Shown in pieces: positions 7,049-16,907 of a stretch of 39,173 nt of DNA. The notes beneath the pieces are model-generated. The model was given only the letters and a program-made list of their open reading frames with translations, had not been told where the DNA came from and did not search any database. The stretch comes from Alphaproteobacteria bacterium. Its GTDB lineage: Bacteria; Pseudomonadota; Alphaproteobacteria; UBA828. The DNA lies in contig CBDCQT010000004.1 in NCBI GenBank assembly GCA_965220745.1, positions 1 through 39,173 of the forward strand, given 5' to 3'. The stretch's first letter is position 1, and the number at the start of each line of letters is the position of its first letter. Made by a program: the position numbers and the translations under genes.

Positions 7049-7376
7049 TGAGCTATTGGAGCGCTTGTTCTCCATTTACCGCGAGATGATTGTGGCTTTT
7101 GAGCCCAGCCCCTCATTCGTCGCCGAAGTCTGGGACAAAATCAGGGCGCGGCACGAGGAACAGAGCGGCTGGGCCGCCGACCTAGTCGCGTGGGCCCCGC
7201 GCTTGGCGCTCTCGGCAGTGGCCATCGCCGGCCTGCTGGTCGGCTTCCACTGGACGCAGGCCAGCCAGCGTGACGAGTCCGAGTTGCTTAACGCGACCTA
7301 CGTGGACACGCTCGCCCTCGAATCTATGGACGAGCACGACGGCGCGGTGTGGGTGGTTGCCAGGTACGGTCAATGA
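7032..7376 (+). CDS. Probable single-pass membrane anti-sigma factor-like protein
   Basis: Overlaps sigma stop, GGAG RBS, PSPSF..EVW..I motif, one hydrophobic helix; function inferred from context. Confidence 0.55.
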   Translation: MKASHDELLERLFSIYREMIVAFEPSPSFVAEVWDKIRARHEEQSGWAADLVAWAPRLALSAVAIAGLLVGFHWTQASQRDESELLNATYVDTLALESMDEHDGAVWVVARYGQ

Positions 7377-7792
7377 CGCTTCAGCAGCCTAAGAGGCGGG
7401 CGCTCCTCGCGCTCGCTTCAGTATGCTTGGCCGGCGCAGCTCTCGGAGCTGCCGGGGTGTACTCGTACACGGTGCATGGCGGCCCCGGCCGGAACCTCGC
7501 GCCCGCCGAGTACCGCACGCGCCTGCTAAACCACCTGACCGAGGACCTGGAACTTGACATCGAGCAGCGCCAGCAAATCGCCGCCATCTTGGATGAAATC
7601 GGCGAGCGCTACCAGTCTGTCAGGGAAGCGATCGAGCCCGAGCTGGAGGCGATCCGCCGGCAGCGCGCCGACCGCATCATGTCAGTGCTCTACGAAGACC
7701 AGCAGGTCAAGTACGAGAAGATTCTCGAAGAGCGCAGGCGCAGGCGCGAGCAAAGCAACGCCGACGCCCTCCGCCAGCTCCGCAGGCACTGA
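7373..7792 (+). CDS. Periplasmic helical sensor/chaperone-like protein (Spy/CpxP/heavy-metal-sensor-like)
   Basis: ATGA overlap with upstream gene, N-terminal TM/signal, L.L..EQ.QQI..IL and I..VL..DQ..KY motifs. Confidence 0.55.
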   Translation: MTLQQPKRRALLALASVCLAGAALGAAGVYSYTVHGGPGRNLAPAEYRTRLLNHLTEDLELDIEQRQQIAAILDEIGERYQSVREAIEPELEAIRRQRADRIMSVLYEDQQVKYEKILEERRRRREQSNADALRQLRRH

Positions 7793-7803
7793 GCCCGGCC
7801 GGT

Positions 7804-8223
7804 TCAGATTCGCTCGAGGAACTCGCGGAGCAGCTCGCGCTCGCCTTCGTGAGCGAGCTCGTCAAGGGCTTCAGGCGGCTTGAGCCAGGCCATCTTGGTC
7901 ACTTCCTGCGAAGGCAGGAACGTCCCTTCGGCGACAGCGAACATGTCGAAGTAGACGACGACCTTGGGCCGCTTGCCGACGTGATAGTGGAGCAGTCCGG
8001 CAAAGCCGGCGATCTCGGCCGCGCAGCCGGTCTCCTCGAGTACCTCGCGAACGGCCGCCTCCTCCCAGCCTTCCGGCGGGTCCAGCTTGCCCTTGGGCAA
8101 GCAGCACTCGCCCGGCGCGTAACGATCCCGGTAGATGACCGCGAGTTCGCTGCGGTCGCGATCGCGCCACACGATCCCGCCTGCCGCGCGGACCGGGCCG
8201 GCCGTCTTGGATCCGTTCGGCAT
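7804..8223 (-). CDS. NUDIX hydrolase
   Basis: AAGGIV, LPKGKLDPPEGWEEAAVREVLEETG Nudix box. Confidence 0.9.
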   Translation of the reverse strand: MPNGSKTAGPVRAAGGIVWRDRDRSELAVIYRDRYAPGECCLPKGKLDPPEGWEEAAVREVLEETGCAAEIAGFAGLLHYHVGKRPKVVVYFDMFAVAEGTFLPSQEVTKMAWLKPPEALDELAHEGERELLREFLERI

Positions 8224-8230
8224 GCGCGAG

Positions 8231-9772
8231 TCAGTCTCCCCCGCGCAGGTCGCGGCCAGTCATTTCGGCCGGCCGGTCGACGCCGAGGCACGCCAGGATG
8301 GTGGGAGAGATATCGCGCAGAGAGCCCCCTTCCGAGAGCCCCCCGCGATGATTGCCAACCAAGATCAGCGGCACCGGGAACGTGGTGTGATACGTGTGCG
8401 GGGCGCCCGTCTCCGGATCGACCATCAGGTCCGCATTGCCGTGGTCGGCTGTCACGATCCACTGTCCGCCGCGGATCTTGAGCGCATGCTCGATCCGATC
8501 CAGGCAGCCATCGACAGTCTCGCAGGCGCGCACCGCGGCCTCGATCACGCCCGTGTGCCCGACCATGTCGCCGTTGGCGAAATTGACCACGATGAGTTCG
8601 AACGAGCCGCCCTCGATGCCGCGCACGACCGCATCGCAGACACCGGCAGCGCTCATTTCGGGTTGCAGGTCGTAGGTCGCCACCTTCGGCGACGGCACCA
8701 GCTCCCGCTCCTCGCCGTCATAGGGCTGTTCGCGGCCGCCGTTGAAGAAGTAGGTCACGTGGGGGTATTTCTCGGTCTCCGCCACGCGCAGGTTCCTCCA
8801 GCCCAGGTCCGCGCAGACCTCGCCCAGGATGCGATCGGGAAACTGCGGCTCGAGGACCGTGTCATAGGGGTAGTCCTTCGCGTACTTGGTCATCGTTACG
8901 AACACGAGGTCCGCAGGCAGGCCGGCACGACTGATGCCTTCGAGCCGGGGGTCGTTGAGCGCACTTGTCAGCTGTCGCGCCCGGTCGGCCCGGAAATTGA
9001 AGAAAACGGCGGCCTGACGGCTGCCGATCCGTCCGGCCGGAGCGCCTTGGGCGTCTGTCACGACGATCGGCTCTATGAATTCATCGGTTACGCCGGACGC
9101 ATAGGAGGCCTCGAGGCCCGCTATAGGATCCTGAGTCCTGTGCCCCAGTCCGTCCAGCAACGCGCGCATGGCTCGCTCGGTGCGCTCCCAGCGCCGGTCT
9201 CGATCCATTGCGTAGTAACGCCCGCAGACGGTGGCCAGGCGCCCGCAGCCCAAGCGCTCCATGAAGGCCAGCAGTTGAGCGACGTGGCCCACGCCGCTCT
9301 GAGGGGGGGTGTCGCGCCCGTCGGTGAAAGCGTGTACGAAGACATTCTTGACGCGCTGGCGCTTGGCCGCCTCCAGCAGGGCGTACAAGTGGCTGGCCTG
9401 GGAGTGGACGCCGCCATCGCTTAGCAACCCCATCAGGTGCAGCGCGCCGCCGCTGCGAGATCGGTCCCAAACCGCCGCCAGGGCAGGGTTGCGGTCGAAC
9501 GCGCCGAGCTGCGCCATTTCGTCGATGCGGGTGATGTCCATCTGGACGATGCGCCCGGAACCGATGTTGAGGTGCCCAACTTCGCTGTTGCCCATCTGTC
9601 CCGCGGGCAGGCCCACGTAGGGCCCGTCGGTGCGGATGTACGTGTGGGGGTTCTCCGCCCAGAGGCGGTCGAACGTCGGCGTGCGCGCCATCGCGACCGC
9701 ATTGTTGGCGGGGTCGGGGTTGTGGCCCCAACCGTCCATGATCGTCAGCACCAGTGGCTTGGAGAATCCCAT
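8231..9772 (-). CDS. gpmI: 2,3-bisphosphoglycerate-independent phosphoglycerate mutase
   Basis: MDGWG, GLP.GQMGNSEVGH, SDGGVHS, GRYYAMDRD, NFRADRAR, AETEKYPHVT, N.DMVGHTG, TADHGN. Confidence 0.97.
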   Translation of the reverse strand: MGFSKPLVLTIMDGWGHNPDPANNAVAMARTPTFDRLWAENPHTYIRTDGPYVGLPAGQMGNSEVGHLNIGSGRIVQMDITRIDEMAQLGAFDRNPALAAVWDRSRSGGALHLMGLLSDGGVHSQASHLYALLEAAKRQRVKNVFVHAFTDGRDTPPQSGVGHVAQLLAFMERLGCGRLATVCGRYYAMDRDRRWERTERAMRALLDGLGHRTQDPIAGLEASYASGVTDEFIEPIVVTDAQGAPAGRIGSRQAAVFFNFRADRARQLTSALNDPRLEGISRAGLPADLVFVTMTKYAKDYPYDTVLEPQFPDRILGEVCADLGWRNLRVAETEKYPHVTYFFNGGREQPYDGEERELVPSPKVATYDLQPEMSAAGVCDAVVRGIEGGSFELIVVNFANGDMVGHTGVIEAAVRACETVDGCLDRIEHALKIRGGQWIVTADHGNADLMVDPETGAPHTYHTTFPVPLILVGNHRGGLSEGGSLRDISPTILACLGVDRPAEMTGRDLRGGD

Positions 9773-9865
9773 CGAACCCCTTTGACTCGATTATGCCCCA
9801 GTGCGGATCGCGGACTTGGGGGCCTGAGGAGCGTCTCGCGCGCGGTCTGCCCGCCGCGGACAGCG

Positions 9866-10918
9866 TCAGGCCTTTCGTCGCAGCATGCGATCCAGCGCGT
9901 CCGATGTCTGGTAGATCAGCGCCTCGGGATAGTGCTGGTGCGGGTGGAAGTACTCGAAGGTGAGATAGCCGTCGTAGCCAATCCCCTCCAGCGCGGCGAT
10001 CACTGCCGGCCAGTTGGTCGTGCCGTCGAGCAGCGTGCGGAAGGTGTGGAGGTTGAACTCCTGGGTGCGCTTGTCCCACTCCTTGAGGTGAATGTTCTTG
10101 ATGCGCTTGCCCAAGATCGGGATCCAGTGCTCCGGGAACTGGTACTGCATGATGTTGCCGGTATCGAAGTGCACCTTCACCGTGTCGCTGTCGAAGCCGT
10201 CGACGAACGCTGCGACCTCCTGCGGGCTGAACAGGAAGCCGTTGGCGAAGATGTTCTCGATGTTGATCGACACCCCGGCGCGCTCCGCGGCCGGGATCAG
10301 TTCCCGCACGGCCTGCTTGGCGTAGCGTTCGCAGACGTCATTGGAAACCGGGACGGGATCCTCGAGCCACGGAGCGTACACCGCTCCGGGCACCACCAGC
10401 AGGTTGTCCGTGCCCAGCAGGGCGGCCGCTTCCGCCATCCGGCTCGCCAGCTCGATGCCCTTGGCGCGCCGCCCGGCATCCGGGTGCGTCATCGAGTAGG
10501 GCCAGAACAGGAACGAGCAGACGCCGCTGATGGCGATTCCCGCCTCGTCGGCCATGCGCTTGACCGCGCGGATCTCGTCATCGGACGATTCCGCCGAGAA
10601 CTCTCCCTCCAGGTTGAAGTTCGGCTCGACCGCGTCGAAGCCGGCATCGGCCGCGATCTGGAAGCACTCCCGCAAGGACCACTTGTCCGGGTAGGGGAAG
10701 GCCCACAGGTTGATCGACTTCTTCATTCCGGGCACGGGATCGCTCGGCGAAGATGCTTGGGCAGCCGGCGCGAGAGTGCCGGCCAGGCCCTGACGGGCCA
10801 AGAAGGCGGGCCCGAAGAAGGCCGAGTAGGCGAGCAGCTCGCGACGGCCGGGAGCGCTGCTGCCGAGATCTCGCTTCGACGTTGCGCGCTGGATTCGATC
10901 TGAAGGTCTCACAGCCAT
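9866..10918 (-). CDS. Sugar phosphate isomerase/epimerase (xylose isomerase-like TIM barrel), possible Tat signal
   Basis: GFDAVE, IEN, HFDTGN, IHLKE, GYDGYLTFE; RRELL near N-terminus; start uncertain. Confidence 0.82.
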   Translation of the reverse strand: MAVRPSDRIQRATSKRDLGSSAPGRRELLAYSAFFGPAFLARQGLAGTLAPAAQASSPSDPVPGMKKSINLWAFPYPDKWSLRECFQIAADAGFDAVEPNFNLEGEFSAESSDDEIRAVKRMADEAGIAISGVCSFLFWPYSMTHPDAGRRAKGIELASRMAEAAALLGTDNLLVVPGAVYAPWLEDPVPVSNDVCERYAKQAVRELIPAAERAGVSINIENIFANGFLFSPQEVAAFVDGFDSDTVKVHFDTGNIMQYQFPEHWIPILGKRIKNIHLKEWDKRTQEFNLHTFRTLLDGTTNWPAVIAALEGIGYDGYLTFEYFHPHQHYPEALIYQTSDALDRMLRRKA

Positions 10919-10924
10919 CGTCCC

Positions 10925-12316
10925 TTACTCCTCCGCCAGCCGGTCGCCCGCTGCGCGCATCCGCTCCAGCAGCCGCTTGCCGAGCTTGGCGACCACCGGC
11001 TTGACCGTGGGATGCCGGATCAGGTTGGTGGTCTCTTCCGGATCGGCCGCGAGGTCGTAGAACTCGTCGCGCTCGGGGTTGAGGAAGTCCCGCACGAGCT
11101 TCCACTTCGGAGTGCGCAGCATCCGCATGTGCGTGCGGCTCTGGTGGTGCGTCGAGTATTCGCCATACAGTTCGTTGCTCCAATCGCCGGCGGTTCCGCG
11201 CAGCAGCGGCAACAGGTTGCGGCCCCGCACGATCGTACCGGCCGGAATTTCCGCCCCAGCGATCGCCACCATCGTCGGCAGCCAGTCAAGGTTCGAGACC
11301 GTGCCCTCGATCACGGTCCCGGCCCCGACTTCTCCGGGCCACACAACCGCGGTCGGCACGCGTATCGAGCGATCCCACATGTTCGGTCGCTGGCCGTCTG
11401 GGATGTTGGCCGTGGCCGGCGGGTTGCGGGTCAGCACGTAGTGACCGTTCCCCTTGTGCCAGACGCCGCTCTCCCCCATGTTGTAGCCGTGATCGCTGGT
11501 GTATACGATCACCGTGCTTTCGGCAAGGCCCAGCTCGTCAAGCTTGGCCAGCAGGCGCCCGATGTTGCGGTCGACGCTCTTGGTGCTGGCGAGGTACTCG
11601 CGCGTCATGCGGCGCACGCGCTCCAGATCCAAGTACGGGAAGCCGGGATTGGGAATGATCGGGTTGAGGCCGTCGAACGGCGCCCAATCCTCGGGCGCTA
11701 CCGGAAGCCAGCGCGCGTGCGGGGCGCGGTAGTGCAGCGATAGCAGGAAGGTCTCGTCGCGGACTCGCTCGATGTACTCCAAGGCGTCCGCGGTCAGGAT
11801 GTCCGCGGTCAGGCCGTTGAACTGGCGCTGTTTGCCACCCTTCTCAAGGACGGGATCCGCGGGCGTCGTCCCGCCTCCCCGAAATCCCATGAAGTACTCG
11901 TAGCCCCTCTGCGTCGGGTGCTGCTCGTCCAGCAAGCCCAGATGCCACTTGCCCACGAGCCCGGTGCGGTATCCCGCATCCTTGAGCAGCCGCGGCCAGG
12001 TGAGGATGTCGGCGCCCAAGCCCATGTACGGCTCGCGCCTGGGATTGAGCCAGTCCGTGAGGCCAACCTCGCTCCCGTAACGGCTCGAGATCAGGCTTGC
12101 CCTAGAGGGCGAGCAGACCGGCGTGACCGTGAAGGAGTTCGGCAGGTAGGCCCCGCGGCGGAACAGCTTGTCCATGTTGGGCGTGGACGCGTGGGGGTGC
12201 CCGGCCAAACCCAACGCCCAGCCGGCTTGGTCATCGGTGTAGACAAAGACTATATTCGGCCTTTGCGCAGCGTAGAGATGCGCGGCCACCAGGACCGCGA
12301 GAAGCAATCGGAACAC
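10925..12316 (-). CDS. Secreted sulfatase (FGly-dependent)
   Basis: Signal peptide, RPNIVFVYTDD, CSPSRASL, GKWHLG, SDHG, EFYDL..DP.E..NL. Confidence 0.93.
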   Translation of the reverse strand: MFRLLLAVLVAAHLYAAQRPNIVFVYTDDQAGWALGLAGHPHASTPNMDKLFRRGAYLPNSFTVTPVCSPSRASLISSRYGSEVGLTDWLNPRREPYMGLGADILTWPRLLKDAGYRTGLVGKWHLGLLDEQHPTQRGYEYFMGFRGGGTTPADPVLEKGGKQRQFNGLTADILTADALEYIERVRDETFLLSLHYRAPHARWLPVAPEDWAPFDGLNPIIPNPGFPYLDLERVRRMTREYLASTKSVDRNIGRLLAKLDELGLAESTVIVYTSDHGYNMGESGVWHKGNGHYVLTRNPPATANIPDGQRPNMWDRSIRVPTAVVWPGEVGAGTVIEGTVSNLDWLPTMVAIAGAEIPAGTIVRGRNLLPLLRGTAGDWSNELYGEYSTHHQSRTHMRMLRTPKWKLVRDFLNPERDEFYDLAADPEETTNLIRHPTVKPVVAKLGKRLLERMRAAGDRLAEE

Positions 12317-12378
12317 GCAAGCTAGTTTAGCGACAGCGGTGCAGAGTTGGGGCCGGGCGTTGGGCTATGATGCATCGT

Positions 12379-12783
12379 ATGAGACGCTCTACGTTGCTTT
12401 GCTCCGCGCTGCTGGTCATGCTAGCGCTGCTGCCCGCCGATGCATTCGCGGGCGAGAAGAAGCTGATGCACTGCTTCGCTTTCACCGAGATCGAGACTGC
12501 CACCGACGCCGACTGGTCCGCCTTCATGAAGGCTACCAACGAGCTGCCCGACAGGATCGAGGGGCTGGACAGAGTTTGGGTGGGCAAGCTGCGGCGACCG
12601 CTGCGGCAATTCGGGCGCAACCAAGACGAGCCTATGCTGCGCCAGTCCGGCGTCTGCATGGAGATGGCCGACGAAGCCGCGCTCGAGGTCTATGCCGAGC
12701 ACCCCGCCCACACGGAATGGGTCAAGGTGTACGCGAAGGTGCGCGTAGCCGGCACGACGACGTTCGACATCCTCGGGCGCTAG
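12379..12783 (+). CDS. Dabb (stress-responsive A/B barrel) family protein with signal peptide
   Basis: H.F.F, LP..I.G, AL..YAEHPAH..W motif; start 12367 or 12379. Confidence 0.75.
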   Translation: MRRSTLLCSALLVMLALLPADAFAGEKKLMHCFAFTEIETATDADWSAFMKATNELPDRIEGLDRVWVGKLRRPLRQFGRNQDEPMLRQSGVCMEMADEAALEVYAEHPAHTEWVKVYAKVRVAGTTTFDILGR

Positions 12784-12801
12784 CGGGCTGACAGACGATT
12801 C

Positions 12802-13635
12802 GTGATCCTGCTCTCGGGCGGGCCATCGCTCTCTTCCGAGCATGGCTCCGGACTCTGCTACCGTTGCGCCCTGAAGCGAGGCGGGCCCGTGCGTTGGGCG
12901 TGGGCCGCCGACACCCATATCTGCGGCGACGCCGACGCCAGCCAAAGCGGCTTCCAGCCAGCCCGCCAGCTCGAGCGAGCGGTTGCGGAAATGCGGCAGT
13001 TCCGACCTTCGGGCGTTCTGGTCAACGGAGACCTGGCCTGGTCGCTCGGCCAGAGCGTCGACTACGAGCGCTTTCTCGGCATCATGCATCCGCTGGCCAG
13101 GCAGACGGCGCTGGTGCTGGCGGCGGGCAACCACGACGACCGGGGCAACCTGCTGGCCTGTCTTGCCAATCGCAGCGGCCCGGCTCCGCAGTGGCTGGCC
13201 GCGGTCGTGGAGCAGCCGCCGTTTCGCCTGGTCGCCCTCGATTCGAGCATCGACGCTCAGACCGTGGGCGGGGAGATCGGCGGCGCGCAGCTCGCATGGC
13301 TGGAAGGCGAGCTGGAGGCGGAGCCGCGCGCACCCACGATCATCTTCCTCCATCACCCGGGCGAATCCAGCAGCGAGGGCTGCAGCGACTTCTCCGACTT
13401 GGTTCGGCTCGTCCGGCGCCGGCGGTGCGTCCAAGCGGTTGTCACAGCGCACGATCACGAGTACTGCGTGGGCCAAGTCGGAGGAGTGCCCCATGTCCGC
13501 CTGCCCGCGGTGGGATTCCCGTTCGAGGAGCACACGCCGACCGGATGGATCGCTGCTGTGCCGGGCCGGGCCGGCATCGAATTGCAACTGCAGGGATCTG
13601 GGAACCCGGCCGCGACTCACCTGCCGTGGCGGTGA
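12802..13635 (+). CDS. Calcineurin-like metallophosphoesterase (Icc/CpdA-like)
   Basis: ADTH, NGDL, GNHD, LHHP, AHDH metal-binding motifs; start uncertain. Confidence 0.85.
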   Translation: MILLSGGPSLSSEHGSGLCYRCALKRGGPVRWAWAADTHICGDADASQSGFQPARQLERAVAEMRQFRPSGVLVNGDLAWSLGQSVDYERFLGIMHPLARQTALVLAAGNHDDRGNLLACLANRSGPAPQWLAAVVEQPPFRLVALDSSIDAQTVGGEIGGAQLAWLEGELEAEPRAPTIIFLHHPGESSSEGCSDFSDLVRLVRRRRCVQAVVTAHDHEYCVGQVGGVPHVRLPAVGFPFEEHTPTGWIAAVPGRAGIELQLQGSGNPAATHLPWR

Positions 13636-13755
13636 CGCAACCCCGGCGAGCCGGAGCCGGCAGGCCCGCGGGCTCGTTTCGGCTTGATTTGATTCGTTGC
13701 GGCTTGATTTGAAACCGCAATTCACAATATGATGATGTGTTCACGGAGATCCATC

Positions 13756-14901
13756 ATGAAGTCCCGTTTCGCACTCCTTTTGGCACTGTCGGTGTGCGCG
13801 TCGGCGCTGTTCGCGCAGGCCACGCTAGAGATCCGAGATGTCGAGATCGACTCCCAATCGCCCGAAGGCGCAGTCCTGACCGAGGCGGGCATCGCCGAAG
13901 AGGCTGACGAGCGGATCGCGATCCTCGAGGGGTTCCTGAACGACTACCCGGAGAGCAGCTATCTGGGATACGTGCTGCTCCAGTTGCAGGGCTTGTACAC
14001 CCAGACCCAGCGCTGGTCGGACGCTGCCACGGTCGGAGCGCGGCTGCTCGAATACGTGCCCGAGGATCTGGAGGTGCGCCACAACCAGAACCAGGCGCTG
14101 CTCAACGCCATGCAGTGGGCCGAGCTCTTGAATGGCCTGTCCGTAACCAAGCCGATGGCCGACAAGGAAGCGGCCGCGCCAATGCCGGACGATCCTACCG
14201 AGGATGAAGAAATACTCCACGAGAGCTCGGTGGACTACGCCAATGGCGTGGTGCAGTACACCGAGTGGGCGCTCAATGTCGGGATCACGCAGAGCGCGCC
14301 GACCCAACAGATTCAATTCATGGACAAGCTGCTGGAACTCTACCCCGAGAGCCAGTACGCGGCCGGCATCGAGGACAAGTACGTAATCGCTTACCAGCAG
14401 GCCGGCGACGTCGCGGGCATGGTCGGCGCCATGGAACGGGCACTGGAAAAGAATCCCGGCAACGAGCAGTACCTCTTCACGCTTGCCGAGATCGCCCTGA
14501 GCCAAAAGAACTACGACGAGGTCGACGCCCGCTCCGAGCAGCTGATCAAGCTGATGGAAGAGAAGCCGGCGCCGGAGGGAGTCACCGGCGAGGCCTGGGA
14601 CGCGAACAAGAAGAAGTTCACCGCCCTGGCCCACTACGTGGCCGGCACGGGGCAGTTCCAGAAGGGGGCTTGGCGCACCGCGCGCCGGCACCTGCTCCAA
14701 ACCGTCGACGCCATCAAGGCCGAGGGCGGCGAGCGCTACGGAATCCTTTCCTACATGCTGGGATTCTGCTACGTCAAGCTGGACATCGCCGGCGACAACA
14801 TCGCCCAGGCCTCGCGCTGGATGGGCGAGGCTGCGCGCGTCCCGAACCCGATGCAGGCGCAGGCCGCGCAGACTCTCGAGGCCATCAAAGCCGCACAGTA
14901 G
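13756..14901 (+). CDS. Secreted tetratricopeptide-repeat protein
   Basis: GGAGA RBS, signal peptide, helical repeats with YPES turns. Confidence 0.7.
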   Translation: MKSRFALLLALSVCASALFAQATLEIRDVEIDSQSPEGAVLTEAGIAEEADERIAILEGFLNDYPESSYLGYVLLQLQGLYTQTQRWSDAATVGARLLEYVPEDLEVRHNQNQALLNAMQWAELLNGLSVTKPMADKEAAAPMPDDPTEDEEILHESSVDYANGVVQYTEWALNVGITQSAPTQQIQFMDKLLELYPESQYAAGIEDKYVIAYQQAGDVAGMVGAMERALEKNPGNEQYLFTLAEIALSQKNYDEVDARSEQLIKLMEEKPAPEGVTGEAWDANKKKFTALAHYVAGTGQFQKGAWRTARRHLLQTVDAIKAEGGERYGILSYMLGFCYVKLDIAGDNIAQASRWMGEAARVPNPMQAQAAQTLEAIKAAQ

Positions 14902-14904
14902 CGT

Positions 14905-15921
14905 TCACGGCACCAAGCCCTCCAACGCCCGTTCGGCGTGTCCGAGCGTTGCGTCCAAGCTGCCCGGCTCCGCATCGATCAAGCGCAGGGCCAGGCGGCG
15001 CACGGCCTCGCGTTTCCCCTCATCCAGATACTCGGCCGGAGACTTGCCGTCAACCCGCGCCAGCATCAAGAAGGCGAGATGCCGGACGCTGGCCGCCTCG
15101 AACCAGCTCAGTCCCGCCGGCGGCAGCATCGCGAGCGTCCAACAGAACGCCGCGCGTGCCAGGCCGAGATAGCTTCCAGCGATCGCCGGCCGGTGAAACG
15201 CCTTCAGGATGAGATGGTTCAGCAAGAACCCGGCGTCGTAGCTGGGATCGCCGAAATGGGCGCACTCGAAGTCGATGCACACGATGCCCGCCTCGCTGAC
15301 GAGCAGGTTTTTCGGGCTCCAGTCGCCATGCACCATCGCCACGTTCCGCATGGCGCTCTCCGCGATCCACCGCTCGACGCGCCCCGCCAGGCACGGATGG
15401 CGCCGAGCGATCGTGCGGTAGTACGGATCGGTGCGCAGCTGGTTGAACGCCGTCCGGTCCGAGAAGGATCGCTCGAATGCCCCTGCGCCCCACGTCGCGC
15501 GCGCTGCCAGTCCCAGCGTCGCCCCGGCCTGACGGGCCGTCGCGCCATCACAGCGGCCCGCCAAGAGGACGGTCTTCCAGTCCGCGCTGCCCGCCGGCGC
15601 GGCTCGCATCGCGTACAGGAAGTTGGATTCGTCGCAAAACAGCAGCTCAGGCAGCCGCCCCTTCGGCAGAACCGCGCCAAGCGCGTTCATAACCTCCCAT
15701 TCCCGCAGGACGCGCGCGCGATCCGCCAGCCATTCATCGCGCACACGCAGGCGCGGCAAGGACTGTTTGAGCACGATTCTCTGGTCGCCGTCCTCGACCA
15801 GCACGACCGTGTTAGAGACACCGCCCGCCAGAAGGCCTGCCGTCGCCGCCTGCGACAGCTCGAGGCGCCCATCGAGGAATCCGATGGCACTGCCAGCGTT
15901 GAGGTCTGTCGGCGCCGCCAT
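14905..15921 (-). CDS. Aminoglycoside phosphotransferase / methylthioribose kinase-like protein
   Basis: L.GGVSN, VLKQSLP.LRV..EW, QLRTDPYY, HGDWSPKN, IDFE.AH.GDP.YD; start overlaps the mlaD stop. Confidence 0.8.
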   Translation of the reverse strand: MAAPTDLNAGSAIGFLDGRLELSQAATAGLLAGGVSNTVVLVEDGDQRIVLKQSLPRLRVRDEWLADRARVLREWEVMNALGAVLPKGRLPELLFCDESNFLYAMRAAPAGSADWKTVLLAGRCDGATARQAGATLGLAARATWGAGAFERSFSDRTAFNQLRTDPYYRTIARRHPCLAGRVERWIAESAMRNVAMVHGDWSPKNLLVSEAGIVCIDFECAHFGDPSYDAGFLLNHLILKAFHRPAIAGSYLGLARAAFCWTLAMLPPAGLSWFEAASVRHLAFLMLARVDGKSPAEYLDEGKREAVRRLALRLIDAEPGSLDATLGHAERALEGLVP

Positions 15922-16907
15922 CAATTGCCGGGCACGCCCGAGACCGGAGGCACCTCGCGGTCCGGCCGCGGCTTGCCCCGCAGGATCGACCATGGCCGCT
16001 GGCGCAAATCGGAACTCAGCGCCTCGATATTCTCCGAGGTGGCGCGAAAGTTCTCGATGACCTCGCTGATGTTTCCTTCGTTGACCAGCAGCAGGGCCCG
16101 GGCGTCCTTCAAGAGCAGCTGCGCATCGCGCAGGGCGCCCTCGAGCTCGTTCAAGCTGCTCTGGAGCGGTTCCCGGGTCTCGTCCACGCTGCGGTTGATG
16201 TTGAGCACGGTGTCGTCTGCATCCAGCGCCAGCCGCTGGAAGTCGGCCGCCAGTTCCTCGACCCGCGTCAGGGTGTGGCCGAGCTGAGTCGTCAGGCCGT
16301 CTATCTTCGGCGTTTGCGTCTCCAGAAATTCGTTCGTGTTTTCCAGCATCCGCGCGACATTGCGCTGGTTCCGCTCGCCGGTCAGCTCCTGCAGGTTTCC
16401 CAACAGGACGTGCAGGTCGTCAATCACCGTGGTAATTCTGGCGTCCATGCGCGCCATCAGCTCGACTGCGTCATCGGCGACCATCGCCACCTTGCGCGTC
16501 AGGTCCGTAAAGGTCAGCGCCTCGACGGACGGAACCACTCCGCCGGGCTCGATGCGCGGCGCCGATATCGATCCGGGCGCGACCTCCAAGTAGTTCTGGC
16601 CCAAGGCGTTCAAGCTTGCGATTGTGGCAACCGACTGCTCGTTGATGGGAATCTCCGTCAACAGCTCGAACACCACCTCGGTCTTGGTCATGTCTTCGGC
16701 CCAAGGCTCCACGGACTGAATCGTGCCGGCCTTGCGACCGCCGAAGCGCACCACGTTCCCGGCATCCAGGCCGCCGATGTAGCTGAAGTACGTTCGGTAG
16801 GTATGGGTCCGGCCTGTGAAATGGGCGTTGGCCACGATCAGGAACGTGGTGACCGAGATCGCGAGCGCCGCGATCACCAGCAGTCCGACTTTGGCTTCGT
16901 TCGTCAA
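15921..16907 (-). CDS. MlaD/MCE family protein with long helical extension
   Basis: EAKVGL TM anchor, F..IGGL..G..V.FGG.K.G.I, LG..YLEV.PG, C-terminal R.RPWSILRG. Confidence 0.88.
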   Translation of the reverse strand: MTNEAKVGLLVIAALAISVTTFLIVANAHFTGRTHTYRTYFSYIGGLDAGNVVRFGGRKAGTIQSVEPWAEDMTKTEVVFELLTEIPINEQSVATIASLNALGQNYLEVAPGSISAPRIEPGGVVPSVEALTFTDLTRKVAMVADDAVELMARMDARITTVIDDLHVLLGNLQELTGERNQRNVARMLENTNEFLETQTPKIDGLTTQLGHTLTRVEELAADFQRLALDADDTVLNINRSVDETREPLQSSLNELEGALRDAQLLLKDARALLLVNEGNISEVIENFRATSENIEALSSDLRQRPWSILRGKPRPDREVPPVSGVPGN

